Positions 13,801 to 20,970 of a DNA stretch of 63,742 nucleotides are shown in pieces. The translations under genes were made by a program, and so were the position numbers. The stretch's first letter is position 1, and the number at the start of each line of letters is the position of its first letter. This DNA is from Thermodesulfobacteriota bacterium (GTDB lineage: Bacteria > Desulfobacterota > Desulfobacteria > Desulfobacterales > C00003060). A model generated the notes under the pieces. That model searched no databases. It was given only the letters and a program-made list of their open reading frames with translations, and was not told the DNA's origin. The stretch covers positions 1 through 63,742 of the forward strand of contig JAXHVD010000024.1 in assembly GCA_034189385.1 (NCBI GenBank). Reading direction: 5' to 3'.

Positions 13801-16800
13801 GCTCCACATACACGGCAAGCACCGTGGCAGGCGTGGCCAGTGCTTTCTTGACCAGCGCCACGACGGTGGGAACAGCGACCATTCGTGCCGAAGCGCAGGG
13901 CAGAACAGCTGAAATCGAGATTGACTATACCCCGGGAAGTTTGACCTTGACGATTATCCCCAACTCGCTCCTAGGCACGGGCGAGGAAAGCGCTGAGGTG
14001 ACGGCCACCCTGGAAGATGAGTTTGGATCTCCGGCATCGGGAGAGACGGTCCATTTCACGCTTGACGATTTGAGCTTAGGCACCATCACGCCTTCTGCCA
14101 TCAGCAATGTAAATGGCGAGGCGGAGGCGTTATTTCTGGAGTCAGGAAGAGGGGGCACTGTAACGGTGACTGGAACCTGGTCCACGTCTGGCGTAGAGGT
14201 CACGGGCTCGGCAACCATCGACATCCAGGCCCCGCCTGCCTTTATCGAAAACGCTGAAGGCTCTCCTGTCCCGGCATCCATCAATATTAAGGGCACAGGC
14301 GGACAGTCCACATCCTTGATCACCTTTGATGTGAAGGACTCTAGCGGCAACCTGGTGGCCGACGGCTACAGGATCGATTTTTCCTTGGACAGCGGACCCA
14401 ACGGTGGAGAAAACATCGTTCCCCTTTCTGCAAGGACAGCAGGTGGACAGGTGAGCACAATCCTCTATAGCGGGTTTAAGTCTGGCCCCGTAGCTATCAA
14501 GGCAACCTATCATCACGACAGGAGTATCAGCACCACGACCAGCCAGATTGCCATTAACGGCGGGCCTCCTGTGGGAGAAGAGTTCGGGATATTCGCCGAG
14601 TATGTGAATATATCCGGATACTGGATGGCCAACCTACAGGACAACATCAGCATCAATGCCGGAGACATCTACGGTAATGCCATACCGGATGAGACGGCCA
14701 TCTCATTTAAAACATACAACACCGGTGGGTTCTTTACACCGAATACGGCCACGACCATAGAGGGATTGGCCACGAATGTGCTCCACTCTGCGGGAAGCTA
14801 TCTGCAACCGCTTCAGGGTTTTCTTTCCGTCACAGGAGAGGCCATTAATGGAGGCAGAACTACTCATGTTACGTCTCTGGTGGTAAATCCCCTGAGTAGC
14901 AATATTTTGTATGCTGGCACAGACGGCGGCGGTGTGTACAAGTCCATAGACAGCGGCGCCACGTGGGTGAACATCAGCCGCTCGTCTGAGAACGAAAAAC
15001 AGGGCCAGAACTGGATCGATCCGCACGTCAAGGGAAATAGCGCCATATGCGTTGATCCGGACGATCCCAACCGCATCTATGTAGGCACTGGATATCTGGG
15101 CAGGGGCCACGTGTACCGCAGCCTGGACGGCGGCATGAACTGGAACAGCAACAATGTGGAAGAATGGAACGGAATACTCGATACAGACGAGGCAATTCTG
15201 ACAGTGCTATGCGATGGTGGCGGAAGCGACTATGTGTGGGCAGGGACCGAGGGCCTGGGAGCGATTTTGGCCACTGACGGGGAGACGTTCCAATGGGGAG
15301 GTGTCGTGACGCCACCGACAGACCCAGGAGCAGCTAATACCGGTACGGGAACCATGTCGCAGCCTACCCTGAGTGCCTCTTCCCAGACAGAGACATGGAC
15401 CGCCACCTACGAAAAAACAGGGGCCACTCCCTCAATGCCGGCCTTTACGGATGTGTCTGGGGCTGGTGCCGACGGGACCATGAGCAGTATCTCGGCCACG
15501 GAAACGGCCGAAACGGGCACCTGGACCATGACCTACACCGGCGGATACGACGCTGTGACCGGTGTTACCGGTACAGGTACGGCCCAAGGAACACTGACAG
15601 TGGTTGCGACTTCAGCCAGCACATTATCGGAAACCTGGACAGTCCGCTGTATCGTGGGAACGGACGGGAGTGAGGAGTTCTCTGTAACAGGCTCTGTAAG
15701 CGGAATTCATGATACAGCGAACTTGACCGAAAATTATGATTGTAGCGAGGTGACATTTTATATCATCCAAACGGGAGATTTTATTGGCGGGGAAGTTTTT
15801 AACTTCGACACCGACCAAGATGCCTGGGATGTCGAATTTGATGATGGGATCAACCCACCGGTCTCGCACGATGCAGCGAGAACGGGTGTAGCCTACACCT
15901 CTGACAACGGTGAGGTCTCTTTTACCATCAATTCCGGTGCCAACCGGTTCTATCAGAGAACTGACGAATGGACCTTTGACACCACCATTACGGGTGACTG
16001 GGAAGTTTTCGGCACAGTGTCCGGAACACAGTTTAATAGGGCGCGAAACAATGTGGCATACACCTCCGACAACTATGAAGTGAGCTTTCTCATTTCCGAA
16101 GGGGCCACGCCCTTTGATCCTGGCGATGACTTCACCTTTGACGTCACAGAGAGCGGGTTAGGTTACGGAAAGGTCGTCAGGGATATGGTGAAGGTACCAG
16201 GTACCCATGGGGCCACAGCCGAGCTGTATGCCGGCACGAACACAGGGGTCTTCACGAGTACTGATGGCGGTGTGCTGTGGAATCCCACCACCCCCTTTAC
16301 CGGGGATTTCATCACCACCCTGGCGGTCCATCCCACAATAGCCGGTGTCGTATATGCAGGCACTGAGGATAATGGTGTATGGGTAAGCGTTGACAGCGGC
16401 ACGACCTGGGTCCAGTACACCACTGGAATGGGCGAGGGTTTGAGTGCCACACCCCCTATGGCTGACCCGAACAATGTGGGAAGCGGCGTCATCAGTGCCG
16501 TGACCGTAAGTGGCACAACACCATCAGAGTATTGGTCTGCGACGTGTAATCAAGCGGCCTCAGCCACGGCTCCGGCCCCTGGTGCCAATACAGGCGACGG
16601 CACCATGACTGCGGTGACCGTTGATCCTACGAACACGGTGACAGAAAACTGGACAGTGGCGTGTAATCAAGCGGCCTCAGCCACGGCTCCGGCCCCTGGT
16701 GCCAATACAGGCGACGGCACCATGAGTGCCGTGACCGTTGATCCCGGCCATGCGCTGACAGAGGACTGGACGGTCACTTGCACGGATACTGCCCCTGACG

Positions 16801-18041
16801 GAGGGACTTTCAGCGTGGAAGGCACTATTTCAGGTGAGCAATACGCTACGGCCTCTGTAGGCACCGAATACAGGTCAGACGGCGACGAGGTCCGGTTTAC
16901 CATATCAGATGGAAGTATTGACTTTCAGGTCGGGGATTCCTTTACCTTCTCGACCACTGGTCCCACCACCTTCAGTGTGTCAGGGACAGTTTCAGGGCCA
17001 CAACCGAACGTAACAATAGGGTGGGCCTACACATCTACAACTGGCGGGGTCTCTTTTACCATATCAGATGGAAGTACTGATTTTGAGGTCGGGGATATCT
17101 TCACCTTCTCGACCACTGGTCCCACCACCTTCAGCGTCACCGGCAGCGTTTCAGGGCCGCAGGCAGATGCAACGGTAGGCGTGCCGTACACATCCGGTCT
17201 GGGGCAGGTTTCCTTTACCATATCAGACGGGAACATTGATTTCATCATGGGCGATTCCTTCACCTTCAGTACCACCAGGGATCCGGGCCAGACCATCACG
17301 GATCTTCAGGTGGTGACCGACGACGATCCAGCGGACAACGATCAATTGTATGCCATCACCTATTTCTGGGGTCCCCTGGAGCCCCATGCCGTGGGCAATG
17401 TCTATGTCCATCCCTTAGACGACGCTACAGGCGACATGGAAGCTGCAGGTAGCTGGACCGAGGCAAACACCAGCCTCCTTCCGGCCTATGATCCGCCCGA
17501 TGACATGGCGCTCTTTGCCCAGCATGTCATGGCCTTGGATGACTCTGTGAGCCCCAGTTCCCTTTACATAGGTGGGGAGGGGATCAATCTCTACAAGGCG
17601 ACTAGCGGGTTGTTCTCAGGTGCGCCTGCTTGGCAGGAGAGCAAGAGCGGGCTCACAAATCTGATTATGGCCAGGATGCCGATTCTTTTCACCGGCCCCT
17701 GTACCATGTCCATTTCTACAGACACAGAGGGCAGCACCGTTACCTTTACCGTTTACATCGAGGACGAAAACGGCAACCCGCCAGTAGAAGGCTCGGTCTT
17801 TTTTGCAGAATATGCGCCAGAGAGCGGCGACGACGTGGTACTGGCAAATGTCACCTATCCTGATTGTTATGTCCACCAGGGCACTTTCAGGGACCCTGGC
17901 GACCCCAGTACGAATGATCCATACGTATTCATTGTAACCGTGTTCCCAGGAGACAAGGTGACTTTCACGTTCACCCCATGGTGTACGGACGGAGCCCCTG
18001 GCTGTTCTGGTGCCATTCAAGAGCGAACATTCCAATACTAG
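1845..18041 (+). CDS. Giant (5398 aa) invasin/intimin-like Ig (Big_1) repeat lipoprotein with C-terminal Asp-box beta-propeller; putative adhesin
   Basis: Lipobox FALLIS-C followed by GSSGGGSG. Dozens of 'L.ADG.S.STI.A.VTD..GN.V.DG..V.F.T..G' repeats. Asp-boxes YKSIDSGATW, YRSLDGGMNW, TSTDGGVLW, VSVDSGTTW. Uninterrupted 16.2-kb ORF. Confidence 0.9.
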   Translation: MKRKYLRNGVMIMAMFALLISCGSSGGGSGDDVKTAAIALSVSPTVIPADGISSATVTASLTDNSGTAVPEETSVTFSTTLGSFPNGSHTYNVKTPDDSGTVTVSLIAATIIGNADVVAESSDVTQKAALEFIDASLIPRKISLSTSQISVKSDNSDSATITATVLDAYNAVVEGITVAFSATGGQLGAASADTDANGQAVVTFSSGSAGPSNQVVTITATVTDLEPAQIPIQVLGSTLTLATDKTQVSSDGLVSAILTATAKDAGGTEVYNAPITFSVPETGGGSVKLSSFEVRTGVTGEAKVTVTGTRAGSVTVFAEGLGETASQEYRVTPPGTDFFHISEPTDDPANLSIGEDLAITVTAPAPTTSVVFVATFGAWDGGSSSVVTQTVGNGSVSAVFSSPLAGVASIQVYDEDNPSDADSMEIVVSAAIPDAAHISLQSNSYVVPLSSGGNSYSATLTASVRTSFASGRQPVGGASVAFSLDNQTGGGETIFPAIVFTDDSGVATTTFTSGSLSSGAEGVEISATVLGQGATGSLTTIAFNDTNADTITRSDAGSFVTDGFQAGEQIRVEGSANNDGDYTIASVSGKTLTLDSNDSLTAEAAGSTVTITAVTSSINIVVGGTSGSIVIGRGSKIEILSPTTYSLPMSVLVADSNGNPQSGAVVSLSAWPTFYSTGGWLPRVEESTDQDTNITTQKVLDICDGYITGTYPNEDANENLFLDPGEDTGADPGHGDGQLTPPNSAAGNIPMTVTTEANGVANFELVYMKSSAMWIVDRIRASTVVLGTETTSSMSFRLPYEKSEAEGCELPNSPYNPTAGSLAVDKITLTALPNNMTADGSSTSTIFAEVTDVKGNPVDGEVITFELTAGTGTLSAQKATTSGGVATVTYTASDTPGTVTITASADNGVTASVDITLIEAIVGSVSVTAGSDSVVANGTSQVLIMATVVDQNGKNVADGTAVSFTTTAGGLSNISSTINGVATATLTSSISVGTATIEATAGGVIGRTTVDFIPGPVRNIQLTATPMNLTADGSSTSDIRALVTDKNGNVVNGETVSFAIISGSGELDAAIKTTDGGGGVAEVTYTASRTIGTETVRARTTNGVSATVNITLIGPVIKEVDCQVGCESGVTGDTPTPAPGPTPCPPEDPVLVHAFVLDINGNPVLDGTPVTFTTTLGTFQGAPAPGTIIVEYTDNGNGEVTAMLVPSTRVGTANIAVWAGGVCCKKTVEFIAGPAATISLTATPSTLVADGTSKSVIRAYVTDEYGNPIDGETVSFSPASLGLLSDATAETNNGGGAAIVTYTAGTTAGTDTITAWTSNGHSDSVDIALVPEETTGFISLTADPTSIVADGVSTSVLTATLTAAGGDPMVGVPVAFYSGPAAFSPDLPPNNTYKGTTEESKDPFHSNGGSTTFTFFHDGSSAFAVDLCEYGTTDCLDLFNAPGVVNGSTVETNLDAGDYYLDVGKASGEWSIKIEGDIERVRIQPSGDTLLAMVDTDTNGDAETTYTSTTQTGLVPITAVSGELKAEVEIEQIPGSPENLDLWSNSRIAANGVSYSTITAEVTDAYYNPVPGAAVNFSATAGTISPTTELTDTRGRAGALLTSIYSNVLVTSTVTATVDGLTESITDEFVPVTLRLRATETTGKKANGTDSYTITAQIQEASSNQPMSDTIVTFSYSGNDGIVTVEPVATETDDNGIATCKVMDISSIDDPVIISATSGAVASVGMIGLVFTGTGGGGTPVGSVKVAATETTGKKANGVDSYTVTAQVLDAVGQPIEGAGVTFSASGNSGLVAMNPPVATTAQDGTATCEVTDISDISDTVDISASSGGVNSANSITLHFAVPAGPGVPASLGLATSQISVKSDNSDSATITATVLDGDNAVVEGITVEFSADGGQLSTSKAQTDANGEARVEFSSGTVDQSNRVVTVTARVSGLPDSQIPIQVVGSTLTLTTDNNVVTSDGITTATLTILAKDAAGTPVYNTPITLTSTGSGTVTISPSSGNTDILGKLEVTVTGTSAGDVTVTAEGLGTTATQDYEVILAGAVFFRIIQPQSDPVTWNTLDSGPVAITGPSTQIAFADADPDTITRSDGGDFTVDGFSDGDRIMVGGSSSNDTDTGIGTPSYYTIDTVTPNTLTLVATDQLTTEAAGASVVIANSILVRVEAPPPTASVKFATTFGTWDGGASPVVTKNVVGGSVWAVFSSSQAGVATIHVTADDDPTSFDSLEAVISAPSADAAHITLQSNTYVVPLSLGNASNTATLTASVRTSSATGRQPVGGAAVAFSIQNQTGGGETVFPVIVYTDASGIATTTFTSGSLSSGSEGVTITATVLGQGSTGPLTTISFNDTDPDTITRSDGGSFMTDGYQAGEQIRVQGSGQNDGWYIIDSVAADTITLEAGDTLTDEPEGSAVTITAVTASTNIVVGGTAGSLVIGRGSEITVLSPTTYSLPMSVLVADSNGNPVPGTTVSLNAWPIQYSTGEWVEVIILTDQYCEAKITGTYPNEDVNENLFLDPGEDTGNDPGHGDGELTPPNSAAGTVPMTVTTDANGVANFDLVYMKSSAMWIVDRIQASTLVLGTETTSSMTFRLPAEKTEAWLCELPDSPYNQELPVNHINLTATPSNLTADGSSTSIIRAEVFNEKGLAVEGEVVSFDLAAGTGTLSVPTATTDDQGVAEIIYTVSTTSGIATITATTDNGTTATVNIELIEALVGSITCEVGCDEIGVGGGTAIQVSATVLDKNGKNVLDGTPVTFTTTAGEFQDPDDPLTPTIKTVNTFKGVAAANLFSPDNVGTATIKIIAGGVCCETSVAFVPGPAAVLSLRATPNNLTADGWSQSTIRALLTDANGNAITGETISFSVSTTGTSSGELSSYTATTSEGIATVTYTASTESGEIDTIRAEATDSSVFGTADITLIDVVVGMVSVSAGSGTAVADGSSQTLITAAVQDTKNNNVADGTMVTFTTSAGDIDNVTPGNQTTFNAPTTNGVAKAWLVSPTNVGTAAVIATVGGVLDSATVTFISGSPDTIQCTATPNNLTADGWSESTIRALVTDANGNVVSGETISFSVTTTGTIPGELSPYTAVATDGIATVTYTASREAGVTDTIRAEATDSTIFGTVDITLVDVVVGTVSVSAGSDTAIADGSTRTLISATVQDNLGNNVADGTTVTFTTMAGTFEDPDDPLTPTTKTADTTNGVATAWLISATNVGRTIITATVGGVTDSTEVNFIAGAVGNISLAAVPNNLTADGASESTIRATVTDADGNAVADGEVISFSLSTITGSLSAPTATTEGGIATVTYTAATTSGTETITAVSTNGTTATVDITLIEATIGSVSVSAGTEYIIANETSQSLIMATVLDTLGNPVVDGTTVTFTTTAGTFDDPDDPLIPTIKTADTTNGVASVYLISAANVGVGTVTATVGGVADTTEVYFIAGAVDAISLVAVPNNLTADGASQSTIRATVTDADGNAVADGELISFSLIPGSTGSLSAPTATTEGGVATVTYTVPLTAGTETVTAVSTNGTTETVDITLIGATIGSVSVSAGTDEIVADGTSWSLITATVLDTLGNPVADGTTVTFTTTAGTLSNITTTSLGVAYAELTSATNVGVAKVTATAGGVADSAGVSFIAGAVGNINLFASPNNLTADGSSESTIRATVTDASGNAVADGEVISFSVTTGTGTLNVPTASTEGGVATVTYTASLTAGTETVTAVSTNGVTETVNITLIGATVGSLSVSTGTEEIVADGTSQSLITASVLDTLGNKVADGTLVTFTTSAGEFLGADPLTPTTIDVATTYGLATASLISATNVGTAFVSATSGGQGDNTTVTFIPGPVYNISLTALPNNLPADGTSTSDIRAYVIDRYDNAVEGEVITFSATCVSGSCGTLSAPTATTEGGVATLTYTASSAGGNETVTAEATNGVSDSVNISLTGLQIASIELSASPSSLPADGVSWATINATVSAVGGGQAPDLTPVNFEIIDGGGSFSGSSTYTASTVAGVASAFLTSATTVGTATIRAEAQGRTAEIEIDYTPGSLTLTIIPNSLLGTGEESAEVTATLEDEFGSPASGETVHFTLDDLSLGTITPSAISNVNGEAEALFLESGRGGTVTVTGTWSTSGVEVTGSATIDIQAPPAFIENAEGSPVPASINIKGTGGQSTSLITFDVKDSSGNLVADGYRIDFSLDSGPNGGENIVPLSARTAGGQVSTILYSGFKSGPVAIKATYHHDRSISTTTSQIAINGGPPVGEEFGIFAEYVNISGYWMANLQDNISINAGDIYGNAIPDETAISFKTYNTGGFFTPNTATTIEGLATNVLHSAGSYLQPLQGFLSVTGEAINGGRTTHVTSLVVNPLSSNILYAGTDGGGVYKSIDSGATWVNISRSSENEKQGQNWIDPHVKGNSAICVDPDDPNRIYVGTGYLGRGHVYRSLDGGMNWNSNNVEEWNGILDTDEAILTVLCDGGGSDYVWAGTEGLGAILATDGETFQWGGVVTPPTDPGAANTGTGTMSQPTLSASSQTETWTATYEKTGATPSMPAFTDVSGAGADGTMSSISATETAETGTWTMTYTGGYDAVTGVTGTGTAQGTLTVVATSASTLSETWTVRCIVGTDGSEEFSVTGSVSGIHDTANLTENYDCSEVTFYIIQTGDFIGGEVFNFDTDQDAWDVEFDDGINPPVSHDAARTGVAYTSDNGEVSFTINSGANRFYQRTDEWTFDTTITGDWEVFGTVSGTQFNRARNNVAYTSDNYEVSFLISEGATPFDPGDDFTFDVTESGLGYGKVVRDMVKVPGTHGATAELYAGTNTGVFTSTDGGVLWNPTTPFTGDFITTLAVHPTIAGVVYAGTEDNGVWVSVDSGTTWVQYTTGMGEGLSATPPMADPNNVGSGVISAVTVSGTTPSEYWSATCNQAASATAPAPGANTGDGTMTAVTVDPTNTVTENWTVACNQAASATAPAPGANTGDGTMSAVTVDPGHALTEDWTVTCTDTAPDGGTFSVEGTISGEQYATASVGTEYRSDGDEVRFTISDGSIDFQVGDSFTFSTTGPTTFSVSGTVSGPQPNVTIGWAYTSTTGGVSFTISDGSTDFEVGDIFTFSTTGPTTFSVTGSVSGPQADATVGVPYTSGLGQVSFTISDGNIDFIMGDSFTFSTTRDPGQTITDLQVVTDDDPADNDQLYAITYFWGPLEPHAVGNVYVHPLDDATGDMEAAGSWTEANTSLLPAYDPPDDMALFAQHVMALDDSVSPSSLYIGGEGINLYKATSGLFSGAPAWQESKSGLTNLIMARMPILFTGPCTMSISTDTEGSTVTFTVYIEDENGNPPVEGSVFFAEYAPESGDDVVLANVTYPDCYVHQGTFRDPGDPSTNDPYVFIVTVFPGDKVTFTFTPWCTDGAPGCSGAIQERTFQY

Positions 18042-18175
18042 GAATGAGGGCCGTTCTCCGTGTTTCGGTGTCCGTTCACCGATGGAGAATGGTTGACCGG
18101 AAAGGGTAAGAGTATAAAGCAGATATTATAAAAGATGCAGTTGTCTCCCCCACGCACAGGTGGGTACCTCCAAAA

Positions 18176-18218
18176 GGCAGGGAGGGGGCTCTTGTCCCCC
18201 TCCTCCCTGTCCGCTTTC
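18176..18218 (+). terminator. Putative intrinsic terminator after the giant gene
   Basis: GC hairpin cagggagggggc...gtccccctcctccctg followed by a short T run. Confidence 0.5.
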
Positions 18219-18272
18219 CACTACGCAATGGGGATGTTGACAGACATCAGTATGATCCAGTGTTAGGAAATC

Positions 18273-19301
18273 ATGATGGCTAGAAAAATAGTCTTTTTGC
18301 TTTGTGTGGCCATGGGGCTTGGCTGCCCGTGTCTGACAACGGCCCTGGCAGACGAAGACTCAGAACGGGCCGTCAAGTTTGAGTCAGGGCTCTATTACAC
18401 GGTGGAAAAGGGTGACACCCTGTGGAACATTGCCGAGCAGGTCTACGACTTCCCCTGGGTCTGGACAGACCTTTGGCAGATGAATCCCCATATCACGAAT
18501 CCGAACTGGATCTACCCAGGGGAGCGGATCCGTCTTTTTTGGAGAGAGGAGCTGGAAAGGATACCTGGGCCTAAAGAGGGGATAGAACCAGAGGAAGGAG
18601 CCGGACGGGAAGTCCCGCGCTACTTTCAGTACCCTGCGATTGCCAGTGTAGGATTTATAAGAGAGCAGGCCGTTACCCCGTGGGGGACCATTTTCAAGGT
18701 AAGAGAAGACAAGGTCATGATCAGTGAGGGGGATGTAGTCTACATCAGGGCCGAGGAACAGGCGACCTTAAAGGCAGGGGACTACTACACCGTCTTTCGG
18801 ACCCTCAAGCCCTTAAGAGAAAAGGGCGGAAAGAAGCTGATCGGCATTCAGCATTTCATCGTGGGCGTGGTGAAGATCACGGAAGTGGAGCCAGCCTTTT
18901 CCGTGGGCAGAGTTATTCTGTCCTTCCGAGACATGAAGGTGAAGGATCTTATCATGCCGTATGAAGGCCGGTCGCCGAAGATAGAGCTGGTCGAGAGCCA
19001 GGAAGGGCTCGAGGGGAGGATCATTGTCTCCGAACGTCGCAGTCTCATCATTGGCGATCGGACCATTGTCTTTATTAACCGGGGACGCAAAGACGGCGTG
19101 AAGGTGGGCCAGACCTATAGCGTTTACTACCAAGAAAGGGAAGATCTCGACGCCGATGGTAAAGAGAGCATTCTGTTACGGCCAGTCGATTTTGGAGAGA
19201 TCCTCATCCTGCATACCGAAGAGACCACCGCCACCGCCCTTGTGACCATGGCTGAAAAGGCCATCCTACCAGGGGCGAAAACCCACACCCCCCCACGCTA
19301 G
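18273..19301 (+). CDS. LysM peptidoglycan-binding protein, TsaP-like (secretin-associated)
   Basis: Signal peptide; LysM YTVEKGDTLWNIA...W..LWQMNPHITNPNWIYPGERI; C-terminal IVFINRGRKDGVKVGQ; pilQ context. Confidence 0.8.
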   Translation: MMARKIVFLLCVAMGLGCPCLTTALADEDSERAVKFESGLYYTVEKGDTLWNIAEQVYDFPWVWTDLWQMNPHITNPNWIYPGERIRLFWREELERIPGPKEGIEPEEGAGREVPRYFQYPAIASVGFIREQAVTPWGTIFKVREDKVMISEGDVVYIRAEEQATLKAGDYYTVFRTLKPLREKGGKKLIGIQHFIVGVVKITEVEPAFSVGRVILSFRDMKVKDLIMPYEGRSPKIELVESQEGLEGRIIVSERRSLIIGDRTIVFINRGRKDGVKVGQTYSVYYQEREDLDADGKESILLRPVDFGEILILHTEETTATALVTMAEKAILPGAKTHTPPR

Positions 19302-19315
19302 TGATTAGTAATAGT

Positions 19316-19892
19316 CTCACCGCAAAGACGCTGAGAACGCAGAGACGGAGGAGTTTTCCCCTGCCGGAACCGGCAGCGGGGAAGCGCCGCAAACCCTTTG
19401 GCAATGGGACTCACATTGCAAATCAATGAGTTAAGCAAAAGGACCATCGGGGCAGCCATAGAAGTTCATAAGGCCCTTGGCCCCGGGCTGCTCGAATCAG
19501 CATATGAGAATTGCTTATGTCACGAACTCGGTCTTCGGGGTTTGGCATTTGAAAGGCAGAAGGCATTACCTGTTACATATAAAGGGAAACAACTTGATTG
19601 CGGTTACCGGTTGGATATTGTTATTGAAAACGCCATTATTCTTGAGCTGAAATCATGCGAGAAGATCGAACCCATTCATAAGGCCCAGCTCCTAACATAC
19701 CTCAAATTGTCAGGTCTCCATCTTGGATTGCTTCTGAATTTCAATGTGCCGGTGATGCGTGATGGTATCATCCGAATTGCTTATGGGCTAGGAGAGTAGT
19801 CCGGCCAGAGGCGAATAGCTTTTCTCGCCTTCCGTCGTTTTGGCGGAAGGCAAGAACTTCTAGACTCTGCGCCCTCTGCGTCTCTGCGGTGA
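19316..19892. repeat. Inverted-repeat-bounded GxxExxY cassette
   Basis: ctcaccgcaaagacgctgagaacgcagag (left) and ctctgcgccctctgcgtctctgcggtga (right) are imperfect inverted repeats flanking the gene. Confidence 0.7.
19404..19799 (+). CDS. GxxExxY family protein (PD-(D/E)XK-like)
   Basis: IGAAIEVHKALGPGLLESAYENCL, YRLDIVIE, ELKS, HKAQLLTYLKLSG, GLLLNFN. Start codon uncertain (19398-19416). Confidence 0.93.
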   Translation: MGLTLQINELSKRTIGAAIEVHKALGPGLLESAYENCLCHELGLRGLAFERQKALPVTYKGKQLDCGYRLDIVIENAIILELKSCEKIEPIHKAQLLTYLKLSGLHLGLLLNFNVPVMRDGIIRIAYGLGE

Positions 19893-19900
19893 TATACTCG

Positions 19901-20662
19901 CTACTGCCGGAGTTTGCCGATTTCCGCGAGAGCCCTGTCGGCGAGGGGGGTGTCGGGGGCCAGTGCCACGACGTTCTCGAAGGCGGAGATAGCCTCATTC
20001 GTTTTGGAAAGCCTGGCATAGGCGCGGGCCAGGTCGAAATAGGTAAGGGGGGAGCGCGGGGCGTAGTGAATGGCCTTTTCTAATGAGGTAACGGCTTTTC
20101 TATAGTCGCCCATGTCCATATAGGTAAGTCCCACGCCTCTGTGTGCATTGGGAAACCGTGGCTCCTTCTGGAGGGCCTGTCTATAGAAATCGATGGCACG
20201 GTTATAGTCCCTCTTTTGCCGGTATGCCTCACCAAGGTTGTTTAGGGCAATGTGCGGTGTGGTATAGAGAAGATTGGAAAGGGCCTGATGGAAACAGGAG
20301 ATGGCCGTGTCCCACTCCTTCAACTCGCCGTAAACACGGCCCATGGCATTGAAGGCCTCTGAATAGTCCGGTTTCAGTGCCACGGCCTTCTTAAAGTGCG
20401 AGATGGCCAGGTCCAGCTCGTCTTTTCCAAAATAGGCCAGGCCCAGATCGTAGTGTAGCAAGGGGTCCTTGTCGTAGATCTTTTCTGCCTTTAAGAACTG
20501 CGAAAGGGCTGCCGTCAGGTTCCCCTCTGCCAGGTACCCTTCACCAAGATGCCTGGAGGCCTTTGCCTGGTCCTTGAGTCTTGTCGTGTCTGTAGCGCAG
20601 CAAAAGAGGAACAAAGGGACACAACAACAAAGCACGAGCCGAACCAATCGCTTCAACACCAT
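19901..20662 (-). CDS. TPR lipoprotein, PilF/PilW/Tgl-like secretin pilotin
   Basis: Start moved to ATG 20662 (GGAG RBS). Hydrophobic signal ending LFCC; multiple TPRs; ALSNLLYTTPHIALNNLG typical of pilotins. Confidence 0.8.
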   Translation of the reverse strand: MVLKRLVRLVLCCCVPLFLFCCATDTTRLKDQAKASRHLGEGYLAEGNLTAALSQFLKAEKIYDKDPLLHYDLGLAYFGKDELDLAISHFKKAVALKPDYSEAFNAMGRVYGELKEWDTAISCFHQALSNLLYTTPHIALNNLGEAYRQKRDYNRAIDFYRQALQKEPRFPNAHRGVGLTYMDMGDYRKAVTSLEKAIHYAPRSPLTYFDLARAYARLSKTNEAISAFENVVALAPDTPLADRALAEIGKLRQ

Positions 20663-20759
20663 AAGACTCCGTGGAACTTCCATAGGGATAGTTACAGCCT
20701 CATTCAGAGAGATCCGTAAGTCTGCAAATATTCGAAAGCCCAGGCAGATAGCACGTGGT

Positions 20760-20875
20760 GATGGGAATCGGGACAATCGCTTCTCTTCGGCATCCAATGC
20801 CTCTCCGTAGCCTATTTCAGATTTCCTGTGTGAAAATGGCTGAATGCCTACGTTCAGCGATCCTCCCGATTCCCA
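20760..20875. repeat. Diverged copy of MITE family A core
   Basis: aatcgcttctcttcggcatccaatgcct...gtagcctat...atggctg.atgcct.cgttcagcgatc shared with the copies at 36636, 38240 and 49489. Confidence 0.8.
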
Positions 20876-20970
20876 ATGTCTACACGAAACACTGTCACAT
20901 TCTGAGCATTACTACCCGTTTGTTCTTCGTCGGTGAACGGAAAACGTTAAACGGTCAACCATCCAATGCC

